64,000 nt of DNA from Phoronis australis (Eukaryota; Animalia; Phoronida): NCBI GenBank assembly GCA_002633005.1, contig NMRA01000158.1, positions 246,229 through 310,228 of the forward strand. Reading direction: 5' to 3'. A program made the position numbers and the translations under genes. Positions within the stretch are counted from its first letter, which is position 1, and each line of letters starts with the position of its first letter. The notes below the pieces were generated by a model. It was not told where the DNA came from. It saw nothing but the letters and a program-made list of their open reading frames with translations, and made no database searches. This document shows positions 1 to 13,139 of the stretch, in pieces.

Positions 1-865
1 AGTAGGTCACAGATTGCTATCATTTAGAAATTTCACAGTATAGGCTTCCCAACATAAAATATGGTCTTCTTCACCAGCCTGAATACAAATAATGGCTCAA
101 TTCTAGCAAGATGGCAACTTGACTCCTTAATTTCTGGACTTTTGTTATTTTCAACTGCAGAACCCCGAAATTTCCATAGGAATACTTTTTGCTTGTCATT
201 TCCCAAAAGCTAAGGATATCTTTACAAATATGGGACAATAACGCATAAACAAGCAATAGATTCATTTAAGTATGTATTGGCTTATTTCCACTAGAATGTG
301 GTCCAAATGTCTAATTTTGATAGTTTGTATTGTATTAAGAAAAACAAGAGCTGGTTGTATAGCATAACTTTTCAACACTTTTCTACGTACTAGTCTTATG
401 CATTTAGTTTAAATCCATAGCGCCGTCTTGAAGTACTTTTATAACTCTCAGTAATACTTCATCATTTTAGTTTCTTAACTATGAGACATATTTTATTTTC
501 TGTACAAAATTGATAATATTGGCGACTTCCATAATTTGCCTATTAGTCACAAGAATTAGCCATGCATTTAATAAGTGGGATGATTTTCAGTGTCTAGTGT
601 CTTCCAAAATGGGTCTACAGCAAAAAAATGGATGTTAAAACAAATTCAAATACAAGCACTGAATTTAGAGAAATTGGTCTTTCAAGTGAGACCCATTTTG
701 AGTTTAAGTTGACCTTTTCGTGGAATTGTCCTAATACGAGTGCGAGTGCGCTTACCTTTCACATTGGGCTGTAACTTTTACAACTGCTTTTAAACTGTTC
801 ACAGCAAGATTAATAGCATTTAAACCAGGTTTGACCTGGTGTGAACTTTAAATTATCATTTTATA

Positions 866-1379
866 GTTGTGTCCACACTTAATAAATTACCCTAGATCTA
901 CTTGTCTTAGGGCAACTTGTCCGTTCAGCCGAGCGCCCACACCGCATACTGTGAGACAAATATGGCACTCACACCAGTATGTCTGTAACTGAGCAAACTC
1001 GTAGCTGGTAATAGACCTATCGTAAGGTCCGCCCCTTTGTGAAATGTCGACAAACAAACAATAAGTTTTACCCGGCAAGTTGTTGTTTGACGGGTAAAAT
1101 GGCGGTTGGAAACGAATACGTGTCAAGAATGCTGCTTTCTGATTGGTCACTTAAGCCGTCTCTCGCAATCCTGGCAATAGGTCAGTTACTGATGCCTAGT
1201 CTGCAAGTTTTCGTCCTCACTACAACTTGCGCCGTGTCACGTTACCCTAGAACACCCTGTTAAGGTGGGGGTAAGTTGGCACACATTTACACAGTGTCCG
1301 TGTCACTAGGTATTAAACCTAGCGACAACTCGTTCCATGAGCAGCTTGTTTTAGGGTAAGTTGTAGTGTGAACAGCACT
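866..1379. mobile_element. Degenerate MITE with imperfect TIRs (Harbinger-like)
   Basis: Left gttgtgtccacact..aattaccctag resembles the reverse complement of right ttagggtaagttgtagtgtgaacagcact. Confidence 0.4.
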
Positions 1380-3023
1380 CATGTTAGCACCACGTTTCAA
1401 TTCTCGTCAATTTGTACCATCTGCTAACCTCAAAATCTTCACTTTTGTCATGGTTACGTCTTGTTGTCTTATTCCAAACTTTGACATGTTTCATGTTAAA
1501 AGTTAGAACTGAAACTTTGCTTACATTTTGTCCACCTTAATCTGAAAATAAAATGCTGTCAATGGGGGAGGTGAGATTTGAAACCAAAATCCTCCACGCA
1601 CCCCATCTGTGCTGTCAGTACGAGTAATAGTGGTCCATAGGCCACAAACTGGGTGTGAACACCACAGAGGTGAGTGTGTCAGTAATTTGGATTAAACTTG
1701 ATCTAGTATGCATTGTGCAGTGCCTGCACAATGCTGATATCTATCTTTTGATTATGACTGGTGTGTGTATTTGCAGATTGTGCTCTGTGGACCCCAGTGT
1801 GAATGAAGACTATTAAGGTAAGTTCAGCATGCTTTTCAATATTGAATAAATGGGACTGGAGAAAATCTTGGGGAGTGGGAAGATTCAGGATGCTGTCACA
1901 ATTTGTGTTTGTGTTTGTGTTGGAGGCGCTCCAGTTTATTTTTCACCTTGTACACCTTACCGGCTGGTCAAAACTGACCAGTTCTTGAAAAGTTGTNAGA
2001 CAAATATGGCACTCACGCCAGTATGTCTGTAACTGAGCAAACTCGTAGCTGGTAATTGACCTATCGTAAGGTCCACCCCTTTGTGAAATGTCGACAAACA
2101 AACGATACGTTTTACCCGGCAAGTTGTTGTTGTCGGGTAAAATGGCGGTTGGAAACGAAGGCGTGTCAAGAATGCTGCTTTCTGATTGGTCAGTTAAGCC
2201 GTCTCTCGCAATCCTGGCAATTGGTCAATTACTGATGCCTAGTCTTCACTACAACTAGCGCCGTGTCACATTACCCTAGAACACCCTGTTAAGGTGGGGT
2301 AAGTTGGCACACATTTGCACAGTGTCCATGTTACTAGGTATTAAACCTTGTGACAACTCTTCCATGAACAGCTTGTTTTAGGGTAAGTTGTAGTGTGGAC
2401 AGCACTCATGTTAGCACCACGTCTCAATTCTCGTCAGTTTGTACCATCTGCTAACCTCAGAATCTCCACTTTTGTCATGGTTACGTCTTGTTGTCTTATT
2501 CCCAACTTTGACATGTTTCATGTTAAAAGTTAGAACTGAAACTTTGCTTACATTTTGTCCACCTTAATCTGAAAATAAAATGCTGTCAATGGGGGAGGTG
2601 AGATTTGAAACCAAAATCCTCCACGCACCCCATCTGTGCTGTCAGTACGAGTAATAGTGGTCCATAGGCCACAAACTGGGTGTGAACACCACAGAGGTGA
2701 GTGTGTCAGTAATTTGGATTAAACTTGATCTAGTGTGCATTGTGCAGTGCCTGCACAATGCTGATATCTATCTTTTGATTATGACTGGTGTGTGTATTTG
2801 CAGATTGTGCTCTGTGGACCCCAGTGTGAATGAAGACTATTAAGGTAAGTTCAGCATGCTTTTCAATATTGAATAAATGGGACTGGAGAAAATCTTGGGG
2901 AGTGGGAAGATTCAGGATGCTGTCACAATTTGTGTTTGTGTTTGTGTTGGAGGCGCTCCAGTTTATTTTTCACCTTGTACACCTTACCGGCTGGTCAAAA
3001 CTGACCAGTTCTTGAAAAGTTGT
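954..3023. repeat. About 1.03-kb near-identical tandem duplication (954-1996 vs 1998-3023) joined by N
   Basis: Direct comparison shows scattered SNPs and indels at the 5' end; single N at 1997. Confidence 0.95.
1641..1817 (+). other. Two small putative exons (about 1641-1669 and 1777-1817), possibly PMCA 5'-UTR; duplicated at 2668-2696 and 2804-2844
   Basis: GAG|GTGAGT donor at 1670; tttgcAG acceptor ends 1776; AAG|GTAAGT donor at 1818. Confidence 0.5.
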
Positions 3024-3381
3024 TGTGGTCAAATAATGATGACTTAGAACATTATTATGTTCCTATTGTCAGGATCGGGCATAGAATTTAATCACTGTGA
3101 TCCACCTTTGCAATTGGAGAAAAACGTGATTTCTTAAAAAATTATGAAATGTATTGATCATTTCCTGGTGTTTGATTTGAGAGAAATTCATGAATGAATC
3201 TGTTCCTCTATAAAATGATTTTCATCCCGATACAGATTCGAGGACATGGTCAATCACTCTAATAGGGAACTTTTGCCAACAGCAACATAAATGGAGACTT
3301 GTGTAGAGAGAGTGTTGAAGCGCTGAACCTGATGCTAAAATTCTTATTGCAACTGCAGTAGAATTTCTGAAATTTGTCATG

Positions 3382-4144
3382 AAGCTCGGATTTCACTAGC
3401 ATTTTTTAGCAGTGAATTTCCGAAATATTCTGCTAGCTAGGTTAATTATAGCCGAGACAAAGAAGTTGGTAAAGAACTACAGCATGTAAACTCAGCGACA
3501 AAATCATTCAATGAAAACGGATGATGAAGCATTTTCTTGTCTGGTTACAAAAAATGTTTGAAGGCAACAAATGCTTCTTGTAATTGTTGCAATAAAAAGG
3601 TGTGGTATACGGTTGCAATGCAAGCGACAGTGATACCCTAATGAAACTTGTAGCAGTCACAGTGATTCATGGAAGCATGACTGAAAGACTGAGAAGCCAT
3701 TTATTTACTAGCAGCCCCAGAGTGTTCTTCATGACTCTAAGAAGAATTCTGAACCAACAAATTTATTTCATCTGTAGTATCATTCTTCCCAGAAAGTCTA
3801 GGTCCGAGGTAATGGGAATATAACATTCCTGAGCCTTCACATAAGCGATAGCTACATCAATAGGTATCGAAAAGAAGTGTTAGAAATTAAATACTTGCTT
3901 CCACGTTTAGGTTGGAAGATTTCCATAGAGATTACTGCAACTTAGCGTGTTTGCGTGGTGTCTCACCAGCACGTCCATTTTGTGCGAGAAAATTACGCTA
4001 TCTATAGCGACGATGAAAATGTGCCATGAATATGTATGTCGCTATCTTTTGTGATTTTGGATTTTGTGTGGCGCTATCTAGCTAGTGTAGCTAGAAAAAG
4101 CAGCTTTTTGTCGCTGCCAGAAAATTCTTGTGAAATCTAGGCTT
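3382..4144. mobile_element. Non-autonomous DNA transposon (Harbinger-like)
   Basis: TIRs aagctcggatttcac / gtgaaatctaggctt (12 of 15 match); no ORF. Confidence 0.5.
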
Positions 4145-5079
4145 TAGTGGTTCTTGATGCTGGGTCTTTTTGGTCGGAATTGGATCCAGGTGACACCTGG
4201 GTCAGGAATAATTAAGCTTCTAATCTATGATAGAGTTAGGTTATAACAAGGCAACAAAATGAAATATAAGGATTGTAATTTGTGTACATGTTTCTAATAT
4301 CTTGGAATGCGCTTTTTAAAAGCGTGCTATTAGTGTGAAAACCATTCATGGCGATTATTCGGTAGAGTAGAATTGAAATGTGCACGAAATCAAATTTGGG
4401 CTGTCTTTGATATCTGGTCGCAGAACTGTTTGGTCCACAGTGTAATTTTGTAAATTGAGAAGTTCTAAATTGGTGGATTAAAAAACTTAAAAGCTTCCAT
4501 GCCAATGTGGGTATGGAAAATGCCGAAGCGTTATATCAGCAGATGCCTTGTTTACCTCAATCTTATAAAAATGTCCACAAAAGACTGTGAAGGCTATTGT
4601 TATCATCTCATACAGGTGAAAATTGAGATAGAGGAACTGACCTACGTCACCGCTGACGTGAGTGACTGGGGGAAAGCCTGAAGTCCAGATTAAAAATAGT
4701 AATTCTGTGTACTTTGATTGGGGTCAAAGTAAAATGTGGCCCGGAATTATATTCTATTAATAACTCTTGACATGTGTATTATGACTAATCACCACTGTGA
4801 AGTTCCAAGGTTGAGCACATTCCCAAGCTTGGTGCCATCATTTTGAAGGCCATGTTGGTTTGGTAATGCTGGTGCATTGCGGTCATTCACCTTGGAACAC
4901 ACAATGTGTAATGCTTTGATGCGGGGAGACAGTGCAAGGAGGTATTGGTAGAACAGGAATAGCCACTTATAGGGGTCCCGAAAGAGAACTAGTTTTCTTC
5001 ACTGTTTTCCGTTTCTCAAAGTTTTGGCCCAGGTTATAAACATTGAATATGTGACATTCCTGCTCTTGGTAATGGTCGA

Positions 5080-5165
5080 ATATAATGTGCCCGAATTTTG
5101 AGAACCAGTTTTCTCCACTAAATAACGGGCATCAAACTGGTTCTCAAAATGTGGGCGTGTTATAT
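5080..5165. repeat. Inverted repeat hairpin (about 32-bp arms, about 22-nt loop)
   Basis: atataatgtgcccgaattttgagaaccagttt vs aaactggttctcaaaatgtgggcgtgttatat. Confidence 0.75.
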
Positions 5166-6426
5166 CCCATTGATTGCCTATGGTAAACCTTGATAAATCA
5201 GTGAGCATTGCAATATGCTCAGCTTGAGTTGTAAAAGATTGCTCACCAACCCTGAAATCACAATTTTCACTATCATGAAATAAATCATTTAGTTTGCATG
5301 TTTGCAACCATTTTTACGAGCATTTTTAGAAAATAGGACTTCCTGCAGTGATGCTCGTGATTGGGGAATGCCTGTTGGTTCAATGCGCTGCTGTTTGGGC
5401 TTGTTTTATTGTATACTTCAGATTCATTGCCGGGTTGTTTCAGTCATGGTTGATGGTAGTTTAACACCGAACCTTCTCTTTTATTGGGCATTCATGTTAT
5501 TTTATAGCATTAAACCATTCATGTCTATGGTTTAATGGACATATGGAAGGCTGCAAGTGGACACAACCTGTGCAAAATGTCTTTAAATAACAACCAAATG
5601 ATTGGTTTATAGAAAGCTAAAAGGAATGCCAATCTGCATTTCGTGGCAGGAATATTTAACCTAATTTCTACTGTGTTCTAACAACTCTCCTGCATCTCTT
5701 GAGTTAGCCGCTTGATTTTAAAATCAATAATCATCTCTAAGTTAAATTCTGTTTTCAAAACATCTGTAATTACACATTGATCCACTGTGTAATTGTCAAG
5801 CGCATAATAAATCAATAGCAATCTGACACGTTCATTAAGACTGCTGTCAAGTTTTCTTCAACAGAACCTATCAAAATTGATTTTTTTTTTCTTGAAGCAG
5901 TTGCAGTTTTATCAATATCTGCCGTAAATTTGATGTCCATAATTCATGGAAATTCTTCAATTTAGTTATTCCTTCGGTGCCAGTGCGAGTTGTTTGCTTC
6001 CACTCACAATACATTTGATTGGCTCGTATCGTTGCTGCAAGGATACAAAAAAATCAAAGAGTACTATATCAAGAAATTGAATGAGTGCTTGATTACTTAA
6101 GATTTTTTCTTCGTAACAGAAGAAAATTCTGTGGAATTATCCTTTGACGTATTTGAGTTTTTAGATGTGGAGAACACAGAAATGAGACTGCTCTAAGCTC
6201 TTTTGACTTTAGAATTTTTGCAATGAGTAAAAAAATGTTTTGCGTCCACTTGAAGTAGGTGAAGCATTCAGGATTATATCTTTTTGATAAAAAAATAAAA
6301 CCTTTTCATGCCACCTGGCTACTGTGACTGGCTGTGTAGCAATTAATATATTAGCTGTGAGCATACATGACATGTCAGGTTCCAATAAGTCTCCATTTAT
6401 TGCACACCTAAATGCGCTTTCCCATT

Positions 6427-6873
6427 AGGGGAGCTTCAGTTTACCGAAGAGTGGCCGAAACTTGGCTCACATTTCCCACTAGACAGCGATATCGAAGCTA
6501 TCGCTAGATGGCAGTTTAGTCATCGGAGTAAACACCAGACGATGAAGTTCATTCGTTCACTCATACGAATATTGAGAAGTGGGTTCAAGGCTAACTGAAA
6601 ATTGTTCTGCCATTCACCAGTGTTTATGATAATGATCAGTGTCATTCTTTGGCTTTGAGACATGGCCCCATGAAGAGATGTAACAGACGAGAATGACGAA
6701 CTGAAATGTACTAACGTAAACAAAATCTTCAGTAACACGTTTTCATGGGATATCTCATTGATTCTAGTGTAATGCTACGTCGTTGTCGCGTTTTCTGTTG
6801 ACGACTTCACCAAAGTTTCGCTATAGGACTTTACCATCTGCACCGAAGTTTCGGTGAGTACTGAAGCTTCGCT
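6427..6873. mobile_element. Degenerate MITE
   Basis: gagcttcagt..accgaa vs ttcggtgagtactgaagctt inverted ends. Confidence 0.35.
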
Positions 6874-6956
6874 CTTAAATTCTATTTTCAGCACTTTCCC
6901 TTGCAAATTAATTACTTTCCCACCGAAACTTTGTTTAAAGCAAAGTTTCACCTCTA

Positions 6957-7406
6957 CAAGGTACCTAAACTACACGGCTAACGGACTCATAAACACGGTC
7001 ACGGATGCATGAACACCACTCACGGACCTGCAAACACTGTCCACTGACTCACAAACACAGGAACCGACTCACAAAATACGATCCATTCACTCAAATACAC
7101 GGGACACGGACTCACATTCACGAAGAAACACGGTTAACGGAGCGCCAAACACGGTTTATGGACAAAATGAAGATGTCAGCTGACCCTGGAAGCAAATGAG
7201 TCCGTGACCCGTGTTTGGCGGTTCGTTAACCGTGTTTCCTCGTGAATATGAGTCCGTGTCCCGTGTATTTGGGTGAATGGATCGTATTTTGTGAGTCCGT
7301 TCCCGTGTTTGTGAGTCAGTGGACGGTGTTTGCAGATCCGTGAGCCATGTTCATGCGTTCAAGACCGTGTTTATGAGTCGGTTAACTGTGTAGTTTAGGT
7401 ACTTTG
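6957..7406. mobile_element. Foldback/MITE: about 205-bp inverted arms with a 36-bp spacer
   Basis: 6957-7163 is the reverse complement of 7200-7406 (roughly 85-90% identity by eye); internal cacgg/ggactca sub-repeats. Confidence 0.9.
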
Positions 7407-10008
7407 CTCCAGTAGGAAAGCACTGTTTATGTAGGCAAGCCTGCTGCCTCCACCTAGCATGATTCATCTTTACTGCACACTTCTGTGGGTTGCTAATTAA
7501 TGCCTTGTGTGCAGGGCAGAGGTATCCATGACAACTGATTGATGTCATGCTTGTTATGAAGTGCCTAGAAATATGTAGATTTCTGTGTAATTTCTCTACA
7601 GGGTGAATGTGCTCTGTGTCCAGGCATGAGGAGGGAGCCTTGTTGCATAATTGTTTCTGCTTAATTGAAGCAATGGTTGTGTTAAACATATAAGCTCCAT
7701 CATATGAGCCCCATTTACATAAGGCACACTTGACACAGCTGATCAAGCGCACATATGTGTGTAAACATGACCAACATGGAGTAAATTATTGATGCCATGG
7801 TGGCCATTTTTCAGGGGTTTGAGAGGCAGAGCCAATTACAATTAATCAGTTGCTGTGTTGTCAACTTCAGTTCTAAACACAAATTGGAGCGAAACCGAAT
7901 GGATCATCTTTTATTATGCTTGTGCTTTAGCACACATGCGAATGGTCACATTGTTTTGCACATTCGCCATTGTTAATCCGAATTTGCGCAGATTGTTTTG
8001 ACTTCCATGCTGATGCTTGCAATGGTGTCGTGTAAACATGCTATGCTCCACCAATGTTGTTTGAGTAGTTATAAGGACTTAAGATGAGAATCGTGTGTAC
8101 TAGTGGTGCACTGGCCATCATTAGTGAAGATGCCAACCATTTGTACCAAATCTGTCCATGTTTGATTGACTGGGGCTAGGTTCTCAGAGATATCCTTAAG
8201 TGCCGTTTACACTTACAAAGTTGACACGGATCAGCTGACGCAGAACAAGTTGTTCCAGTGTGTAAACAAACTGACACGGCGCAAATTGACACCGTGGTGA
8301 CAAATTTTTGCCACCCGAACAACGTGCGCCATGTCAATTGTATGTCTAAACACGAAAGTGGAGTAAGGCGGAAAGGATCATTTCTACTGTGCTTGTGCAA
8401 TGACCTACATACGGGTTCTTTGTCTCTGCAACTCTCGTCATTTGTAAACCTGCGCATGTGCGATCCAGTCTCTCTAGCCTTTAATTTCCGTCTTGCCACG
8501 GTTAGTGAGTTGTGTGTGTAAACAGCCGCTTGATACGGTTCAGTTGCGTCGGGCCAAAAGTTGATGTCCAAACGGGACTTTAGTAACTCGCCCAGTCGCC
8601 AATATGAGTAAAAATGGTGCTGGGCGAGTAGAAGTTGACTTGCCGGTCGCCCAGGTGGCGAGCGAATTTCAGAGCGCAAAAGCACTATTGTTTCCCAGAT
8701 GAACATTAATAATTTTCTCCTCGTGCTGTTTTTATCGTGAATTTAAGGTTCAGTTTGGTCAGCGTGTCGATGCTCCGGCAGTAAAAAACATCAGTGCAGT
8801 GCGCTCCTACCAATTCAGTAGATGTCACCTGTTACGTGATTCGACTAGACAAAAAATCACAGTGTGTGGTTGTGCACAAAGGAATTTGTTGACTAGTCTG
8901 AAACAAAAGAAAAAGGGGGAAAGGCGGAAGACCTGTCAGTGTGCTCACAGCAAGTGAAATAGCATATTTCATGGAACTGGTTTCTTATTGTAATGTACAA
9001 TGTCATTTTAGCCAAAATTATTTTATAGATAATAACATTGAAAACACATACCGCATTCGCCCCTAATAAGCGCCCATGTCCCACAAGCGCCCCCCGCGCG
9101 TTTTCAGACTTCGCTAAAATAAGCACCCCAGTCCATGAATGTGTACATATGCGAAAAATGCGTTACGTACAATTCTAAAATTCTACCGTAATGTCTTAAA
9201 TTTATCAGTAATATCCGATAGTCCTGAAAAATCTTTGAGCACGGAATTTCTAGACTATGTGCCAGTATTTTGCCGTGACTGTACACTTCAAACTTCCACA
9301 GTGCTTTAAAAGGAAAGCAGAAGTTTTGCTGATCTTGGGAGGAATGTGTCCGACTATGGTCAGGCCTTTCAGAACAGACACAGCGTACTTGTATTGTGTC
9401 TTTCCCGATCAGATCTTCTCCCTCAACAGGAATCCAGATTACTTTGTACACATAAAAACCAGGAATCAAAACTTGACCAGTGTTAATGATCACGAGGCCA
9501 AGAAGCGCGCATTGGGGCCTACGTATATGTAGGCCTACTACTCTGGCAAATGAACTGTGATGACACACGTGCTTGCTCACATGGCACTCACCTGCAGAGT
9601 TAACTTCAAAACAAATGTCATGTGACAACAACATGTTTGTCCAGATTTTTGGGTGCGACCTAGCGCAGATTTGGACTTAATCTCCTGTTAATCCCGACTC
9701 CATAGGAACTTAAAAATCTTAGGGACGCTATTTGGAAAACATAAGGAGGATTTCAGGTAATTTGTTGAGTCAAAACTGTATCTTTACTCAAGAATTCAAG
9801 TTGCCCTATCGTCGATGGCAAGGCAGGGACGCATCAGTCGGCAAGTTTTCGCCCTGAGGTTTCAGCACAATTTTTTTAAAAAAAGATCGTAATTTAACAA
9901 CGAGTTTGATAACAATGAGCCACAGTTTTGTAGAAATTCTGTTACAGGTTGCAGATACATCACAGTTGATGAATCCTAGCTTCTGATTTCACCCGTTTCG
10001 GAGACCTG

Positions 10009-13000
10009 CGCGCGGTCTCCAATCTCCGTACTCAGACTCCTACTCATACTCGAGATTTCATACTGAAAATCGTGCTCACTGGAGTCGTACTCAAAAAAGC
10101 GTCTTTAATGTCGCATTTCGAGTGGACTCCAAACGTACTCAAATCTGAAAATCGCACTCAAGTTGCTATGGAACTCTTTATGAAGTGAAATGCAAAACCA
10201 CGCAAAGTCGCGCTGAATCCCTATTCGCACCCTAGCGACTATCGTCTGCCGTCGCTTCAACTACAAGAGTATAACCTGGAATTCTGAGTGGTCTTTAACT
10301 GTTATTCATTTTTTCCGTTTCAATGCAATAGTTTCATACCATTTTTTGATACATTTCCAATTACCGTATTCGCCCTAATAACCGTCCAGGGTGCTTAGAA
10401 AAGTTCGGTTCAGGGGGGGGCGCTTATTATAACCCAAGGCGATTGAAACCCGGTCTCCGAAACGGGTGAAATCGAAAGCTAAGATTCATCAAATTTACGC
10501 TGTGACGTATATGTAATCAATGAAAGACTTTCAACAAAACTGTGGTGCATTGCTATCAAACTTTGCTGCTAAATTACGATCATGTTACAGAAAATTGTGC
10601 TGAAATCCCAGGGCGAAAACTCGCCGACTGACTGCCTCGAAATCGCCGTCTTCGATACGGCGATGTCAATGCTTGAATAAAAATTTTTTCAACTCAAGCA
10701 AATTACCTGAAATCCTCATTAAGTTTTATAAGTGTCGCTTCCAAGATTTTTTAAGTTCCCGTGGAGTCTGGATTAACGGCAGGTTTAAGTACAAATCTGT
10801 GCAATATCGTGCCATCTACATGTATGATCGGCAACATGGCGAGAAAAATGTGGACGAACACACGTTGTTGTCATGTGACGTTTGTTTTAAAGTTCGTCTG
10901 CCAGTAAGCGAGCGCGTGCTTGTCACCAGAGTTCATTTGCCAAAGCAGAGACCGTCTTTTGGCCAGAGCCACGCAATCTAACTAGCTAGAAGTGTCTAAA
11001 GAAATTTGCTCAAGCAGTAGGCTTAAACCAGAGCGTGTTTCATTCAGCACTTGTCGGTCTCGTGCTAAAAACGTTCGATATTTGTCTCGGTAAGGCCCAT
11101 ATTAGTCGCCGTGCAGCTGGATGCGTATGTAACTATCTGACAGTTATTTTTCGGTGTAAGGGTGTGTAAGCATTCATCGTCAGTTGTCATTTTATCGGAT
11201 ATTCGGCTTAATAACACCAATTGTGGTTAATCAAACAATCCATCTCAAAAATAACGCAAACATGTTTTATAGTATTAGAAATTGTCAGAAATTAGTGCCA
11301 ATATTCATTTCTTATCGATGCTATGCTACCCGTTTCATGAATGGATAGTTCCCGACTAATGTCTTTGATGACAGGTTCATGTATGTAGCGCGCGCTTCCT
11401 GGCCACGTGCGTTTAACACCGAGTTATTTTTATGTATGAGACAGTCGATGTGTCTACTGAAAAGCCAGACCATAGTGTGATGCTGTCGTCGCGAGAGCCT
11501 AGCAACGCTGTTGCATTCTTTTTGAAGTGCTGCGTTACTTTGAAGTGTAAAATCACGGCTAAATACAAACGTAGCAGTACCGCTGGTGGTCTAGAAGACC
11601 CGTGCATATTTTTTTGATAAATTGAAGACATTATTGTAGCCGAGTTTTAGGACTACGTAGGTACGTCATTGTTCGCATGTACATGTTCATGGACTGGGCG
11701 CTTATTTCAACAAAGTCTGAAAACGCGTGGGGGGCGCTTATAGGGGCATGGGCGGTTATTACGGCGAATACGGTATTAAGCTTTACTTCTTGAGTTCCTC
11801 ATCTCCCAAAAATTTGTAACGGCTTATCACATCAAAGAAAGTCACGGCTGGAGCGGTGCAGCTGCAATCCTAGTGTCTGTTTTAGCCAGGGGGCAAAATG
11901 AGTTTATTCTCCCCCCCACTTGTCTCATTTACTCCTAAAAGTGGTATGGTCACACCAACAATTGAAATTTTCTTTCGCAGTGATGCAGTGGTGGGCCGGT
12001 GACCCGGACCGGGGGGGTCAGGTACCATATCACAGGCCTGCAACCAACATTGGGAGAGTTGGAATTGCATTTTCTTTTGCGGGAGGTCGAATTTCATAAG
12101 TTTGTACCTTAATTGCCAGCGGTGGCGTTCTTCTCTAAGTAAGCTGGTTGTCCACGTTGGCCCGATACTCCAGTTGACATTTTTGGGCCGTAGTTGTTTG
12201 GTTCCTGGTCAACCCCTGTTTTATTTGCATAAGAACCCATTGCTGTGTAGGCCTACTCTGATGTCAAAACTTTCACACTGTATCTTTGCATTTTACTGGG
12301 ATGTACCAAGTTAGTTGACATTTGGCGCGTGAGTCAAAAAAACACTACATGAACGGGCATTCAGAGTTCATCAGTGAAAGGAACGAGACGTCTAGTTATA
12401 AATCGGCAAACAAAATTTGGAATATCATTCAGGGATTGAGAAATTATCGATGACTAAACTATGATGTGAAATACCTGTCAGGGAAGTAAACTGTTTTTAA
12501 CTTTCCTCGCCTCCTCATCTTTTGGAACCCTACAAACTGTAGGCACACCTACTAGAATAAGGGGAGCACAAACTTCTTACACGACTTTTCCGCAACTGCT
12601 TTCGACACTTGTAATGACTCGTCGCCATGGTATTAGAATGCGCCTGTTGCCAGGAATTGTAGAGTAAGAAGGAGTTCATAAATTGGCAGCGATGACATGC
12701 AGTGAGTGATACGCCAGGTTAATAAGGTGAAGAATAAGAAGATTTAAAATGACAACTATTATCTCTGAACTGTAATTGAAGCGCTGATATGTGGTAAGAG
12801 GACCTAATTTTTTAGATTTGCTGTGTCTCTCGGTGGCCTTTTGATATTTTGTTCTCTCTCTCTCGTATTTATTTTAGAGTACGATTTCAAGCACACTGCC
12901 TGACGAAACTTGAAATTTGGAGCATATACTCGGAATTTTACTCAAAATCGTACTCAAAATATAGACGAGATACACTTCAGTTCGTGTATACTTGAAAATT

Positions 13001-13139
13001 GAGTATGTGCTCGAAATTTCGAGTACAGATTTTTCGAGTATGTCATTGAATACACCAAAGCTGAGTCTGTACTAGAGTTGAGTATGAAGTTTGAGTTTTA
13101 GCATGATTCGAATCGAGTCTGAAGATTAGAGACTGGGCC
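10009..13139. mobile_element. Element C: Harbinger-like non-autonomous element inserted in A
   Basis: CTG duplicated at 10006-8 and 13140-2; imperfect TIRs cgcgcggtctccaatctccgtactc / gagtctgaagattagagactgggcc; tactc/gagta sub-terminal repeats. Confidence 0.75.
10364..11773 (-). mobile_element. Element B: 1410-bp relative of A, inverted, inserted in C
   Basis: TA|ccgtattcgccctaataaccg ... cggttatttacggcgaatacgg|TA; homologous to A in reverse complement. Confidence 0.85.

Noticed and set aside
1-731. Right end of a DNA transposon (cgtggaattgtcc|TAA)
   Set aside because: The partner terminus would lie outside the window, so it cannot be verified.
8176-9634. Two 176-aa minus-strand ORFs
   Set aside because: No recognisable domain or transposase motif; they lie in degenerate repeats and are probably chance ORFs.
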